From Armatimonadota bacterium (GTDB lineage Bacteria > Armatimonadota > SYMT01): 64,000 nucleotides of DNA. This document shows positions 18,136 through 27,879 of this stretch, in pieces; the first letter of the stretch is position 1; every line of letters begins with the position of its first letter. The notes below the pieces were generated by a model, which was not told the DNA's origin, searched no databases, and worked only from the letters and a program-made list of their open reading frames with translations. A program made the position numbers and the translations under genes. The stretch spans positions 288,001-352,000 of the forward strand of contig JAWLHY010000007.1 of the NCBI GenBank assembly GCA_041690135.1, given 5' to 3'.

Positions 18136-18342
18136 GGCGAGCCCAGGGTAATACCGGTGCGGTAGGACGCCGCCCTCGTAAGCGGGTCATTATAGCACGC
18201 CCTCACAGGCTGGTAAGTCGTGGGAGGTGTCGGTGGCACGCGGGGGGTGTGAACAAGAACACTTGGGATTGCCCGAGGAAACGCCGATCACTCGGTTAAG
18301 ATCGGCCTCTTGGACGCGGGTAGATGGGGCGTTGGGATAACC

Positions 18343-18963
18343 ATGAAAAACGAATTCGTTATACGCTGGTCCAAGATTATTGCTCTGGCCAGCGTGCTCT
18401 ACGGCATAGGCAATCTGTATCAGCCCACGGTGGTGGTGGGCAACTCCATGGCGCCGACCCTGGACAGCGGCAAGATGATCTGGGTAGACCGGACCTATTA
18501 CAAGACCCACACGCCCCAGCGGGGCGAGGTGATCATCTTCACCCATGACGGGGAAACGCTGGTGAAGCGGGTCTACCGCGCGCCGGGCGAAACGGTCCAC
18601 TACATTACCAATGGACAGGAGATCATTGAGCCGATCCGGGAGAACCGCGTGGCGGAAGCGCGAGCTCGTTTCGCCCGCGCCAACACCCGTCTGCGGGTGG
18701 AAACCCTGAAAGTGCCAAAAGACTCCGTTTTCGTGCTGGGAGACAACTACACCTGCTCGATCGACAGCCGCCAGTTGGGTCCGATCCCCCTCTCCAGCAT
18801 CGTTGGCCGTGCGCATCTTGAGCCCGATCCCACGGTCGCCTTGCCGTATGAATACGTGCCGCGGCAGGTGCGCCCCGTCCAGCATGTCCACCACGAGGCG
18901 CCGCGCCCGAGTGCGGGATTCGGAACCTCCCAGGCGTCGGAGGCGAGCCCCAAGGGCGCTTGA
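18343..18963 (+). CDS. lepB: Signal peptidase I
   Basis: GNSMAPTL, RGEVIIF, LVKRV, LGDN...DSR. Confidence 0.88.
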   Translation: MKNEFVIRWSKIIALASVLYGIGNLYQPTVVVGNSMAPTLDSGKMIWVDRTYYKTHTPQRGEVIIFTHDGETLVKRVYRAPGETVHYITNGQEIIEPIRENRVAEARARFARANTRLRVETLKVPKDSVFVLGDNYTCSIDSRQLGPIPLSSIVGRAHLEPDPTVALPYEYVPRQVRPVQHVHHEAPRPSAGFGTSQASEASPKGA

Positions 18964-19153
18964 TAAGTAGCAGATTCAGCGGCTTGGAACTGCAGGCGCA
19001 CTTGTCTAGATGCAGCCAAGAAGCGAGATGACGATTCCAGTCGGCGCAGGTTTACGCCCCGAGGGGGTGCCGACTTTGTGCCTTTCCAGCATGCGACTTC
19101 TAGTCGCCTACTAACAAGTGCGGCGGCAACGCCCCAGGATGCAAGTCTTGCGG

Positions 19154-19187
19154 CCGGGGAAGCGGGCTCTCTTACCCGCTTCCCCGG
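19154..19187. terminator. Perfect 13-bp hairpin between convergent genes
   Basis: ccggggaagcggg-ctctctta-cccgcttccccgg; no clear U tract. Confidence 0.55.
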
Positions 19188-19200
19188 TGGTTCGCGAGGG

Positions 19201-19440
19201 TCACTGGCTTTCGGGTAGACTCTCCAACTCCAGTTCGGCCTCCAGGCGGCGTAGTTCCGCCTTGATGCTGGCGTGAGCGCGCCGGAGAGCGGGCGGCACG
19301 GGTCGCCCGTAGGTTTCGCATTCGAGCTCGTGGAGATACAGCTCGTTCGAGGCGTTGATCAGGTGCTGCCGCAGTTCGGCGGCGCCGGGCTCCCGGCGCG
19401 GCGGCTCGTTCAACTCCACGCCCTGCCGCTGGCGTGTCAT
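19201..19440 (-). CDS. Small hypothetical helical protein (79 aa)
   Basis: AGGAGG RBS before MTRQRQG; coiled-coil-like composition. Confidence 0.65.
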   Translation of the reverse strand: MTRQRQGVELNEPPRREPGAAELRQHLINASNELYLHELECETYGRPVPPALRRAHASIKAELRRLEAELELESLPESQ

Positions 19441-19542
19441 TATCCATCCTCCTAAGCGAAACCGGGGAAGGGGCAACCCTACCTGCTTTCGTGCCCATTC
19501 CGCCCGAGAGGGACCGCTTCCTGCTCCGTTTGGCCCAGGCAG

Positions 19543-20559
19543 GTGTCGTGGTATGACCGGTGGGAGCATCGCCCACTGTCCTGGCGGTTGCCCCAGGAGG
19601 TGGCTTTGACCCAGTCCGCCCTAGCGTCTCAACCGGCGCGGCCCTCCAGCCAGGATGATGATCGATACGGATGGAGGCGGGAAGGGAAGGATCTTTTGCG
19701 CGCAGTGGCGGCAGGCGCCATCGTCGGCATCCCACTCCTTTACACGATGGAGATGTGGTGGCACGGCATGATCCTGCCGGAAAGCCATCTGCTGCTCGTC
19801 CTGGGCGCCATCCTGTTCTTCAACTTCCTGTTCAGCCTGTTCTCCGGGTTCCGGGAAGAATGCACTCCGGCTTCCGCCGCGATGGAAGCTGTGACCGCCG
19901 TGGGAATCGGGATCGTCTTCTCCGCCGTTATCCTGTGGCTGGTGGGGGAGTTTCGCGTCGGCCAGTCCACGGGCGAGATCCTCGGCCGGATCGTGTTCGA
20001 AGCCGCTCCGGTCAGCATCGGCGTCTCCTTCGCTAATGCGCAGATGCAGGGCAAGTCGCGAACAGGAGAAGAGACGGGGAGAGAGGGCCAGGTCGGAGGT
20101 GCGGGAAAGGAGGTAGACGGGACGGGGGATCCACCGCCGAGCCTGGCGGACCGGGAGCGGATGCAGCTACGCGCTGACCTCAAGGATGCGGGCGCCACCG
20201 CCGCCGGTGCCGCCGTGTTCGCGCTGAACATTGCGCCTACGGAAGAGGTGATCATGATCGCCACGCGTCTGCCTTACTGGCAGGTGGCAGTGATGCTCCT
20301 GGCATCCCTGGTGCTGGGCTACGTCATCCTGTTCGCTTCCGGGTTCGAAGAACTTCAGGTCTACGTTCCCAGCGTCTTCCAGCACCCGGTCGCGGAAACC
20401 ATTGTGGTTGGCGCCATCTCGTTGGTCGTGGCGGCCTGTCTCCTCTTCCTGCTGGGCCAGCGCGAGTTGTTGGGCCACCCCTCGACTTTCCTGGCCGCGG
20501 TGGTGACCCTGGGGCTGCCAGCCACGGTCGGAGGCGCGGCGGGGAGACTGATCCTATGA
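19543..20559 (+). CDS. TIGR02587 (DUF2391) integral membrane protein
   Basis: GIPLLYTMEMWWHG, NIAPTEEV, LGLPATVGGAAGRL; start uncertain. Confidence 0.88.
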   Translation: MSWYDRWEHRPLSWRLPQEVALTQSALASQPARPSSQDDDRYGWRREGKDLLRAVAAGAIVGIPLLYTMEMWWHGMILPESHLLLVLGAILFFNFLFSLFSGFREECTPASAAMEAVTAVGIGIVFSAVILWLVGEFRVGQSTGEILGRIVFEAAPVSIGVSFANAQMQGKSRTGEETGREGQVGGAGKEVDGTGDPPPSLADRERMQLRADLKDAGATAAGAAVFALNIAPTEEVIMIATRLPYWQVAVMLLASLVLGYVILFASGFEELQVYVPSVFQHPVAETIVVGAISLVVAACLLFLLGQRELLGHPSTFLAAVVTLGLPATVGGAAGRLIL

Positions 20560-21008
20560 GCCAGGCCGGAGTGCGGGAGCGGCCGCAAGAAAAGGCAGCA
20601 CCAGAAGCGCGGGGCGAGCGGCGCTCGGGAGGGCGCCTGTTGGCGGAGTGGGTCTCCCTGGGAGTCAGCGTGCTGCTGATTGCCGGGATCGCCGGTTACC
20701 TGCTCTATCAGGCACTGCTCCAGCAACACCGCATCGTCCCGGTGCTGGCGACTGCCCGGGTCGGAAGCTCCGGCCGGTCCGGCGAGCGCTACGTGCTGCC
20801 TGTGGAGCTTCGGAACCCCAGTTCCCGTACCCTCAAGGACCTGAAGGTGGAGGTTTCCTACACCCCGCCCCAGGGCGAGCGGGAGACCCGCGATCTGGAA
20901 GTCGCCTACCTGGGCGAGAAGTCCACCCAGACCCTCTACGTCTACCTGGACCACGACCCCCGCCAGGTCAACGTGGAAGTCACGCCCCAAAGCTATCGAC
21001 TGGAATGA
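20556..21008 (+). CDS. TIGR02588 family protein
   Basis: AEWVSLGVS TM segment plus beta-rich domain; ATGA overlap with the TIGR02587 gene. Confidence 0.8.
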   Translation: MSQAGVRERPQEKAAPEARGERRSGGRLLAEWVSLGVSVLLIAGIAGYLLYQALLQQHRIVPVLATARVGSSGRSGERYVLPVELRNPSSRTLKDLKVEVSYTPPQGERETRDLEVAYLGEKSTQTLYVYLDHDPRQVNVEVTPQSYRLE

Positions 21009-21176
21009 CGGTCTAATGTTCTGGGAATTCGGCACTTCACTTGGCAGCGCGAACCCAGGGTAATTGGACTTCGGCATAGCATCATTGGCCCCAATGCCAC
21101 TATGCCCTTTCGTTTGCCTGCCCACCTGGCAGGAATCCGTTATTTAGTCCGGCAAAGTAGCGGCGGAGGAATCGTC

Positions 21177-22391
21177 ATGCACCGTCGCCGCAGCACACTC
21201 ATCGCCGCCGTTCCGGTGGCTGCCATGCTATTCGCATCCACGGGCGCACGTCGCCCACGTCTCCTGCCCATCAAGCAGCTCACCGCCGAAGCTGGTCTGA
21301 CCGGCGGCGGCACCGGCCCGACCGTCAGCTTGGGTCTCGCGCCAGGTGGGGTGACCAGTGCCCACGTCCAGGATGGGGCGCTCACGGTGAATGACTTTGC
21401 CCTTTCGGCGCGGGAAGCGCTCAAGGGTGAGGTGGGAGCGCAAGGACCCCAAGGTGCGCCGGGCGTGCAGGGAGAGCCCGGTCCGGCCGGGCAAGGCCCG
21501 GCCGGCGCGATGGGGTTGAAGGGCGATGCCGGCGCGGAAGGTCCCGTAGGTCCGCAGGGGCCGCGAGGATTCCCGGGGGAGACCGGACCGCAGGGTCCCC
21601 AGGGTCTGCAAGGCCTGATGGGGCTTCAGGGACCGATGGGGCCGATGGGTCTGCAAGGATTGAAGGGTGACACCGGGGCGACGGGTGCGAAGGGAGGTAC
21701 CGGAGCGCAAGGACCGAAAGGGGACACCGGCGACACCGGACCGCAGGGGCCGGCGGGAGAGAGCGCCATCACAGACGGACCGGGCTCAGGGGGTACGACC
21801 ACGGAGTTCGCGCGTAGGGGGACACCAGCGCCAGGTGGGGGATTGTTCTACGGCGGCGGAATCGGAGGTGACCTCCTGCCTCGTTCAGTTGGAAACCGCC
21901 GAGGTGAATTGCTGTTCGCGACAGGGGTAGATGTAAACAGCGACGGAGCCTGGGTGAATGGTGTCGACACAGTCGGCTTGTTCCTGGCAGGACCAAACGG
22001 GATGGTCCGAATCGCCCATACGGGCATGGAAATGCCTGGGGGTGGGGTATTTGAGGTGTTTCCTGGTCTCGAAGAGGGGCAAGGCCTTAACGCTGTCCGT
22101 CAGGGAGTTTCCCTATTGCTGACCGATACCGGCGGTGTATACTTCGTGGTTTACACAACCGATGGAGTAGCCTCGGAGCGCTGTCTCTTCGGCTGGAAGG
22201 ACGGGCAGCTGTTCCCAATTAAGGGCCGTAGCGCAACCACCGTGGATGGACTACCCATTGGGGACGTGGCCGACGTACAGATACTATCACCGAACCGGGT
22301 TGGATATCGTGCCAGGGTGGCATCGAGTGCTCTTGGGCAAGGGTTCACTTCGTACATCGGTTCATTCGTCTATGAAACGCCTGCACCTTGA
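21177..22391 (+). CDS. Exported collagen-like (Gly-X-Y) protein with a beta-rich C-terminal domain
   Basis: Signal peptide; long GXY tract at about 21425-21760; GGAGG RBS. Confidence 0.85.
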   Translation: MHRRRSTLIAAVPVAAMLFASTGARRPRLLPIKQLTAEAGLTGGGTGPTVSLGLAPGGVTSAHVQDGALTVNDFALSAREALKGEVGAQGPQGAPGVQGEPGPAGQGPAGAMGLKGDAGAEGPVGPQGPRGFPGETGPQGPQGLQGLMGLQGPMGPMGLQGLKGDTGATGAKGGTGAQGPKGDTGDTGPQGPAGESAITDGPGSGGTTTEFARRGTPAPGGGLFYGGGIGGDLLPRSVGNRRGELLFATGVDVNSDGAWVNGVDTVGLFLAGPNGMVRIAHTGMEMPGGGVFEVFPGLEEGQGLNAVRQGVSLLLTDTGGVYFVVYTTDGVASERCLFGWKDGQLFPIKGRSATTVDGLPIGDVADVQILSPNRVGYRARVASSALGQGFTSYIGSFVYETPAP

Positions 22392-22570
22392 TCCGGCTGG
22401 CTCAAGAGAGCGACCCTCGTATTGCTTGAACAGTGATGGACTTGATTTGAGTTGGTTTCGGGGCCTATCAGGCCGCGATGCATCGCAGGCGTGATGGTCT
22501 CGCCTGCCTGTCCCGCTACATCTAGAGTCCTCCCCGTTTGGTGGGGAAGGGCTCTGGATATAACGGGCTG

Positions 22571-22789
22571 ATGTGGACAGGAAATGAACTCGACAACCTG
22601 CTGATGCGGGCCGCCGTGGCCCTGGACCTGGGCCGCTGGGAAGCCGGGCTGACCGATTGTTCGGTCTTGCTGCTCGCCCTGATCCTGGCGGAAGACCCCA
22701 CCTCGGACACCGGAGGGTGGGCGTGCGAGCCGTGTGTGTGCTCCCTGGAAACCCCGAGCTACGTGGCCCTGGGCATGCTGCGGGATTGA
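22571..22789 (+). CDS. Small hypothetical protein
   Basis: GC3-rich codon pattern; no family recognised. Confidence 0.5.
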   Translation: MWTGNELDNLLMRAAVALDLGRWEAGLTDCSVLLLALILAEDPTSDTGGWACEPCVCSLETPSYVALGMLRD

Positions 22790-22914
22790 GAGTCGCCGGA
22801 TCCACCGCTCCCCTGTGAGGCAAATCACCGCTACGGGGGGCCCCTGCTCGTCTAAAGGGATGAGCCTGAACGATGGAGAGCTACCTCCATCGGTTGAGAG
22901 AAAGGGGCGGTGCG

Positions 22915-23115
22915 ATGCGGAACCTGTTCATCCTGGTGGCGACCCTGGCGGGAGCGTGGTTCATGGGCCAGTGGGCGCTGGCGTTGGGGGGAACCCTGGC
23001 GGTCGGTTCCGCGGAGATCTCCCCCCTGGGTGGGTTGCTGATGGCGCCCGCCGTATTGACGGGTGCCCTGGCCGGCGCTCTGCTGGGCGGGCTGCTTTAC
23101 CCCCGAGCGCGCTGA
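22915..23115 (+). CDS. Small two-TM Gly-rich membrane protein
   Basis: MRNLFILVATLAGAWF...GALAGALLGGLLY. Confidence 0.65.
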   Translation: MRNLFILVATLAGAWFMGQWALALGGTLAVGSAEISPLGGLLMAPAVLTGALAGALLGGLLYPRAR

Positions 23116-23154
23116 CGCTTATCTAACGCCCGCCAGTTCTGTAAAAGTGTCCAA

Positions 23155-23197
23155 ACGCAAACGAGCGCCGCCTCTCCATCGGAGTAGCGGCGCTCGC
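23155..23197 (-). terminator. Terminator-like hairpin downstream of the 27-aa ORF
   Basis: GCGAGCGCCGC...GCGGCGCTCGT followed by TTGCGTTT on the minus strand. Confidence 0.6.
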
Positions 23198-23230
23198 GCT
23201 TACTGTATGCACACTCGGGTGTGGAGCGGA

Positions 23231-23314
23231 TCAGGCGCCCCGCGCGAGGAAATATCCCACAATTGTCATCACCCCTGCGCCGAGCAGGGCCACCAGAACC
23301 GACGCGACTTCCAT
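23231..23314 (-). CDS. 27-aa single-TM small protein MEVASVLVALLGAGVMTIVGYFLARGA
   Basis: GGGAG RBS 8 nt upstream, TATACT -10 box at 23335-23340, downstream hairpin. Confidence 0.65.
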   Translation of the reverse strand: MEVASVLVALLGAGVMTIVGYFLARGA

Positions 23315-23440
23315 ATTGACTACTCCCAGAAGCCAGTATAACCACTTCGCAACACAAATACGCAAGATTTCTGCGGCCGGCGCGCAAAGTTTCAGGTTTA
23401 TTTTCGGCAAGAGGATGTCAAACGCGAGGGTCGCAGCTCC

Positions 23441-25027
23441 TCAATTTCTCGCGCTCGTCCAGAGGGCCGCAGCCGCCACCGCGTAGAAGCTGAGGGCCAC
23501 GAGAAGTACGGATAGGGCCGCCACGTGGGGGCCGGGGGCGAAGTGGAGGTAGTCGTAGATGCGGAAGGCGACCGTATCGAATTCGGGGTGACGCACCAGT
23601 GTGGTGGCGTCGATCTCCCGCGCGGCCAGCACGGCCACCAGGAGGGCGCCGGTCACCGCCCAGGGTCGAACCACCGGCCACACGGCATGCCGGAAGCGCG
23701 ACCAGACGCCGGCGCCGAGAATGCGGCCTTCGTCCAGCAGCGCCGGGTCCACCTGCCGCCAGCCGAGCTGGACTGTGCGGTGTGCGAAGGGGAAAAAGAG
23801 CACCCCGTAGGTCCACACGACCCCGACCGGCGATTCATACAGGTCGCCGGCGAGCCCCGGCCGGTTGAGGAGCTGGACCATGGCGATGCCGATGAGCGAG
23901 GCGGGGATGGCGTAGGGCAGGGTGACCGCCAGGTCGAGAAGACCTCCGGATTTCCGGCGCCGGCCGAAGAGCAGCGCCGCGCCGGTCGTCACGAGCGCTG
24001 CCGCCCCGCTGGAAAGGAGGGTGTTGCCGAAGTGGTCTCGGCTCTCCGCCCACACGGCCGCATAGGTCTCCACCGGCAAGGAATGGGCGGCGAGCGTACC
24101 CAGGGGTAGGAAGACACTGAAAAGGAGGACGATCAACGCTCCCACCAGGGACCACCCGGCCGCGACCCGCGAGCGGAGCAGTGCAGGCTGGCCGCCGCGA
24201 TCTTCCCCGAGGGGGGTGTTTTCGAACCAGGCCCGCTGCAGCCACACCAGCGGAATCACCACCAGTAACAGGGGCAGTGCAAACCGTGCCACGGCGCCCG
24301 GGTCCCGGTCGAGTTGGTAGCGGTTGACGATCTCCACCGGATAAGTGGGAACGGCCAGCGTGTTCGCCACGCCGAAGTCCGCCAGGGCGAGCAAGAACAC
24401 GAGCAACAGGGCCGCCGGCAGCGTGCTGCGGAGAGCCGGCCCGGCCGCCCAGCGTGCCGCCGCGGCGTCCGGCAGGTGCAGGCGGGCGCTTTCCTCCAGC
24501 TCTCGCGGTACGGAACGTGCGGCCAGCAGCACCAGGCCCCCGACCACGGGCCAGTAGGTGAACGCCAGGATCAGCGCCGTCATGTACGGGCAGCCCTCGG
24601 CGCTGAAGGAACGTTCGATCCAGCCCCAGGCGATCAGCGTGCGGTTGATTGGCCCCTCCCGCAGCAGGAGTAGGATCCAGGCGTGCGCGGTCGCGTAGGG
24701 TGGAAAGAGAAGAGGCACGACACCCAGGAACAGGAGCACTCGTCGACCCGGAACGGGGTAGCGAAGCACGCACCAGCCGTACGCCAGCCCCATCAGCCCG
24801 GCCAGCCCCACGGCCATGCCCGCGATCCAGAGACTCCGCGCCAGGAGGTTCCAGGAGATAGGGTCGAGCGCCGCCGGACCGGACTCGACGATCGCGGCGC
24901 CGCATGCCCACGCCAACCAGAAGAGCGGGGGCAGCACCAGGCCCGCGGCCACCCAGCGATGGGTAGGAAGCGGACCGGGTGGGCGCGCCCCAGGCAAACG
25001 CACGGACTGGCGGGTCTTATTCGTCAC
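23441..25027 (-). CDS. Fe3+/thiamine-type ABC transporter permease (FbpB-like, two halves)
   Basis: Two EAA-type loops (ELEESARL; LLDEGRILGAG), LADFGV, many TM segments. Confidence 0.85.
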   Translation of the reverse strand: MTNKTRQSVRLPGARPPGPLPTHRWVAAGLVLPPLFWLAWACGAAIVESGPAALDPISWNLLARSLWIAGMAVGLAGLMGLAYGWCVLRYPVPGRRVLLFLGVVPLLFPPYATAHAWILLLLREGPINRTLIAWGWIERSFSAEGCPYMTALILAFTYWPVVGGLVLLAARSVPRELEESARLHLPDAAAARWAAGPALRSTLPAALLLVFLLALADFGVANTLAVPTYPVEIVNRYQLDRDPGAVARFALPLLLVVIPLVWLQRAWFENTPLGEDRGGQPALLRSRVAAGWSLVGALIVLLFSVFLPLGTLAAHSLPVETYAAVWAESRDHFGNTLLSSGAAALVTTGAALLFGRRRKSGGLLDLAVTLPYAIPASLIGIAMVQLLNRPGLAGDLYESPVGVVWTYGVLFFPFAHRTVQLGWRQVDPALLDEGRILGAGVWSRFRHAVWPVVRPWAVTGALLVAVLAAREIDATTLVRHPEFDTVAFRIYDYLHFAPGPHVAALSVLLVALSFYAVAAAALWTSARN

Positions 25028-26657
25028 CCTGGGCCACGCGCGTCAGCGCCCGCTCCAGCAGCGGCAGAATCAGCTCCGGGTCCGCCACGCGGCCGTCCGC
25101 CCAGGCGAGGACCGCCGCCCGGAGCCCGGTAAACGCCTCGGGCGCGACGGTATCCGTTCCGGTGGGTACATAGCGGGCTCGGAAACGCCTGCGGTCCGCG
25201 GCGTCGGCCAGCCCCAACTCCAGTCGCCCGTAGACGGCGGCTCCCAACGCCAGTGCCTCCAGCAATTCCGCCGTGCTTCCCGCATCCAGGAGCGCGGCTT
25301 GCGTGTGAGCCAGCCCGAGACCGCGCGCCAGGGCGGTCCACGCGCCGACGTCGTGGATGAGCGCCTCGGCCGTGGTGAGGTCGACGGTCTCCGGGAGTTT
25401 TCCGCCCGGCAGCAGGCGCAGGCGGGGCTCGCCCTCCGCCGTCAGGGTGAGGCGGGGCTTTGCGAGAGAGGCCACCACGCTGCGCTGCTCGTCGTCGAGC
25501 ACCTTCTCCAGCGGCCGCACGCGCAGGGCGACCTGGCGCAGGCGTTCGACCTGTCGCGCGCCGGTCAGGTGGATCTTGTGGAGGGAGCGCGAAAGCAAGA
25601 CCTGGCTTTCGTGTTCCCGGGTCCCGCCGCTCTCGGCTCGCAAACCCAGTTGCAGATAGGCTTCCACGCTGCGGGCGACCCGCGTCAGGTCGTCCAGGAG
25701 GAAAGATCCCCCCTCGGCTACCGCCTGTCGGAGGAAGAGGTACTGCAGCTCGTCCGCCACCCTCTGTTGCTGCAGCGTGGGCAGCGCGGCGGCGAGACGC
25801 ACCAGGGGCGAGCGGTCCGTCGGAACGAGCGCCAGCGCCATCTGCGGTTCCTCGGGCGCGGGTTCTTCTTCCTCGCCTGGGGACGGTGCCGCCGCTTCAA
25901 CTTCCGGGGCGGGAGCGAGCGCGTCCACGAGGATCGGGTCCTCCGTGAGCGTCTCCCATTCCAGGGGATGGTTCTCCTGATAGTCGATCGCGCGCAGCCC
26001 CTCGCGGATCAGGTCGACGTAGCGATCCTGATCGAAGTCCAACAGGTTCTGAAGGACGCGGGCCAGCGTGGGCTCCTTGATTGGGAATTCGGTGAGCAGG
26101 TTCTCGGGACCGATCAGGTCGACCAGCGTCTGGGCTGGGTCGACGAACAGGTCCGGCGCGATACGGGCGTCTTCCAGCGGATAGTCGCCCAGGGCGCGGA
26201 GGTGATCCTCGAATTCGGAGCGGGTGAGAAAGATGTCCACCAGCTCCCGTGTGGAGAGCAGCAGCGGCAGGATGTTAGCCCGCGCGTCCGTGAAGGAGAG
26301 CGCGGTGATCAGCCAGTAGTACTTCCGCTCCGGGCTGCAGAGGCTGAGCAGCGCGCGGAACTGGTCGAGGCTCACGTCCCCGAGCAGGTAGCGGTTCTCG
26401 TCCTCCACATTCTGGACGAGCGCGCCGATCAGCGGGGCGGGAAGAATTTCCAGCACCTGCCGGCGCTGAGGGTCTTCCATGGCCCAGAGAAGGGCGGTCT
26501 TCTGCTCCAGGGTGCCGCTCAACGCGACCGCCCGCGCGGCCGTAAGAGCGTCCACCTCCGCCAGTAAGTCTTCGAGCTCCGCTTCGTCCTCGGTGGTGAC
26601 GAGGGTGCGCAGGAGTTCCGGATCGCCGGTGCGTGCGAGAGATTCTGTCATGGGCAT
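25017..26657 (-). CDS. Hypothetical helical protein, DUF6178-like
   Basis: Acidic Leu-rich protein; QAVAEGG...YLQLGL resembles DUF6178 (from memory). Confidence 0.6.
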   Translation of the reverse strand: MPMTESLARTGDPELLRTLVTTEDEAELEDLLAEVDALTAARAVALSGTLEQKTALLWAMEDPQRRQVLEILPAPLIGALVQNVEDENRYLLGDVSLDQFRALLSLCSPERKYYWLITALSFTDARANILPLLLSTRELVDIFLTRSEFEDHLRALGDYPLEDARIAPDLFVDPAQTLVDLIGPENLLTEFPIKEPTLARVLQNLLDFDQDRYVDLIREGLRAIDYQENHPLEWETLTEDPILVDALAPAPEVEAAAPSPGEEEEPAPEEPQMALALVPTDRSPLVRLAAALPTLQQQRVADELQYLFLRQAVAEGGSFLLDDLTRVARSVEAYLQLGLRAESGGTREHESQVLLSRSLHKIHLTGARQVERLRQVALRVRPLEKVLDDEQRSVVASLAKPRLTLTAEGEPRLRLLPGGKLPETVDLTTAEALIHDVGAWTALARGLGLAHTQAALLDAGSTAELLEALALGAAVYGRLELGLADAADRRRFRARYVPTGTDTVAPEAFTGLRAAVLAWADGRVADPELILPLLERALTRVAQGDE

Positions 26658-26707
26658 CAGGGTGCATTCTAACCCTGCGCTCGCGGGATTTCCAGACCGG
26701 CGTGCCG

Positions 26708-27784
26708 CTACCAGAAAATATGGGTGATCTGGCTCGTCCGGGGATCATACCAGAGTCCGGCGGCACCATTCTCTGGAACCCGTCCGTCGAACGGCACCCG
26801 CAGGCCGCTGCGGTCGTAGACTCGGACGTCCGGGCGCGACCAGAGCGTTTTCTTCTGGGCATCCGTGGCGCCGTTCTCGATTGTGACGGCGAAACCCCAG
26901 CGCCCCTGGGCATCCTTCTTCAACTTCAAACCGTCCGCGGTCGGTTCCGCCAGATTCAGCAGGTCGTAATCGCCCCCGGAAAAGCTGGTGGTGGCGTTGA
27001 TCTTGAACGCGTCGACGTACCGGGCGCGGCGGGACGCGTCGGGGAGGATGTGGACGACGCTTCCCTTTTCGAGCTTCATCCGGGCCGAGGACACGGGGTC
27101 CAGGTTCACGGTGCAGGTGACGTTACCGGACAGCGGAATGCGGATCACCTGCGAGGCCGCCGTCGCGTAACTCTCCGGGTCCCACTCCGACCAGTCGGCG
27201 CACAGTTCCCGCGCCGGGCTCTCAATCCGTCCCCGGATCACCACTGCGTCCGCTTCCAGGGAGACCAGCCGCCCTTTCCAGATCCAGAGGAAGCTCTCAA
27301 GCTGTTGCACCCAGCCGCGCGGACTGAGCGTTGCCCGCACCACGGGAGAGCGGAAAGCCGAGCCGTAGGACTGCAGGTCCGGCAGCTCCTCCTCGGCGAT
27401 GGAGACGATGCGGCCCTCTTCCACGGCGTGGGTGCGGAACCGGACGCCGGGTTCCACGTGCAGCCGCTCTCGCCGGACGCCTCCCTCGGTGACCAGGAGG
27501 TCCACGTACGAAGTCTCCGCCGCGGGTTGGAGCCCGTCTCCTCCGCCGTCGCCTTCCGATCTGGTTTCTACCCGGGTGATCTGGTAGTTGAGGAGTTCGC
27601 CGCTCACCGTGCGGGGGCTGATGGTTACCGCGGGCGCGGGCGCTTTAGCCGGCGCCTTCGGCGGGGCGGCCCGAACGGCGCTCGGCGCTTGCAGGTCCAC
27701 CCCCCACAGCACGCCCAGCACGACCGTTGCCGCCAGGCCCGTGCCGACCGGGGGCCAGGAAGTTTGCAGCCCTATTCTTGCCAT
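26708..27784 (-). CDS. Hypothetical exported protein
   Basis: GGAGG RBS, hydrophobic N-terminus, Pro/Ala linker. Confidence 0.7.
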   Translation of the reverse strand: MARIGLQTSWPPVGTGLAATVVLGVLWGVDLQAPSAVRAAPPKAPAKAPAPAVTISPRTVSGELLNYQITRVETRSEGDGGGDGLQPAAETSYVDLLVTEGGVRRERLHVEPGVRFRTHAVEEGRIVSIAEEELPDLQSYGSAFRSPVVRATLSPRGWVQQLESFLWIWKGRLVSLEADAVVIRGRIESPARELCADWSEWDPESYATAASQVIRIPLSGNVTCTVNLDPVSSARMKLEKGSVVHILPDASRRARYVDAFKINATTSFSGGDYDLLNLAEPTADGLKLKKDAQGRWGFAVTIENGATDAQKKTLWSRPDVRVYDRSGLRVPFDGRVPENGAAGLWYDPRTSQITHIFW

Positions 27785-27879
27785 CTCCGCCCGCCTCCTC
27801 TCATTCCTTATAACCAGACGTTGGAGGGACGGTTAAGGGTTCGGGAGAAGGTTGCCTGTTTCCTTGTTGCGAGTGAGGA

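Noticed and set aside
23441-25027. Orphan ABC permease as a novel transporter
   Set aside because: Partner SBP and ATPase genes are often encoded elsewhere, so this cannot be judged from one window.
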